This document shows, piece by piece, positions 63,304 through 64,000 of a DNA stretch of 64,000 nt. Under the pieces are notes generated by a model. That model saw only the letters and a list, made by a program, of their open reading frames with translations. It was not told the origin of the DNA and did not search any database. Within the stretch, counting starts at the first letter, position 1; each line of letters begins with the position of its first letter. This stretch comes from Rhodoferax sp. (GTDB lineage: Bacteria; Pseudomonadota; Gammaproteobacteria; Burkholderiales; Burkholderiaceae_C): positions 7,367 to 71,366 of the forward strand of contig JBDTCK010000109.1 in the NCBI GenBank assembly GCA_039923645.1. The letters are read 5' to 3'. A program made the translations under genes and the position numbers.

Positions 63304-64000
63304 TCAAGGCGTTGCGCTGCTGCGCAATTGGTTGACCTGGACTTCCGTCACCTGGGCGGCCTGGTTGCCCCAGGCTGTGCGAATGTGGGTCAGCACGGCG
63401 GCGATCTCGCTGTCTTTCAGTACGAGTACGTAGGGCGGCATGCCGAAGGGGCGGGGGTTGCCCGCGGTGGCCGGTGCAAAGCCGCCATACAAAACCATTT
63501 GCACCAAGTTGGCCGGTGAGTCCATTGTCGCGGCGCGGTTGCCGGCAAGCGCCGGGTAGGCGTGCGGCACACCCTGGCCCGTAGCGCCGTGGCATTGCGC
63601 GCAATTGTCCTTGTACAGTCTGGCGCCCAGCAGCGCGACGGCGGGGTTGACGGGAGCATGCTGGCGCGGCGCCGACGCATCCCCCGAAGAATTCCCGCCC
63701 GGTAGCGCCTTCAAGTACGTGGCCATATCGACCAGATCTTCCTGCGACAAATACTGGGTGCCGCGCAGCACGGCCTCGGCCATCGGGCCGGTGACCCAGC
63801 CGTGGCGGGTAGTGCCGGTTTTGAACAGCTCGACGATGTGAGGTACGTCCCAATTCGCCACGCCTGCTTCAAGCGGGGACTCCAGAGACGGCGCGTACCA
63901 GTTTTGCAGCGGAATCAGGCCACCCGCCAGGTCCAGTGAGCTGGACGTGGCGCCCAACGCGTTGCGCGTGGCGTGGCAGGCACTGCAATGGCCTAACCCC
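63304..64000 (-). CDS. Multiheme cytochrome c (5' part outside window)
   Basis: CSACH near the edge and CAQCH; WYAPSL, GPMAE, YPALAGN. Confidence 0.85.
   Translation of the reverse strand, partial: GLGHCSACHATRNALGATSSSLDLAGGLIPLQNWYAPSLESPLEAGVANWDVPHIVELFKTGTTRHGWVTGPMAEAVLRGTQYLSQEDLVDMATYLKALPGGNSSGDASAPRQHAPVNPAVALLGARLYKDNCAQCHGATGQGVPHAYPALAGNRAATMDSPANLVQMVLYGGFAPATAGNPRPFGMPPYVLVLKDSEIAAVLTHIRTAWGNQAAQVTEVQVNQLRSSATP

Overview
GC-rich betaproteobacterial chromosome segment; gene content and order suggest Comamonadaceae (Polaromonas/Rhodoferax-like, by inference). It is mostly core genome: phrB, suhB/trmJ/cysE, mog, yjgA/pmbA, rpsU-yqeY, an assimilatory nitrate block (nirB-nirD-nasA-ybiB-cobA with a divergent NarK-type transporter and two divergent sigma54 promoters), dps, tsaD, rpsO-pnp, tpiA-secG-tRNA-Leu-nuoA..N, gdhA, egtB-egtD, usp, rluA and ndh. 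I saw no transposase, integrase, prophage or CRISPR array. The most striking signal is a degenerate ~42-bp double-dyad repeat, GCTA-N9-TAGC-N7-GCCC-N9-GGGC(T). It occurs 7-8 times with near-invariant spacing, both between genes and in-frame inside housekeeping genes (trmJ, an HI0933-family gene, ybiB, tpiA, probably nuoG), where it is read in four different frames. Other points worth checking are a Lys->Glu change at the conserved TM7 lysine of NuoN, a boxA-like site in the suhB leader, a repeated motif in the rpsU leader, an extended egt operon, and several unannotated small ORFs. Start codons were refined by eye and no searches were run.
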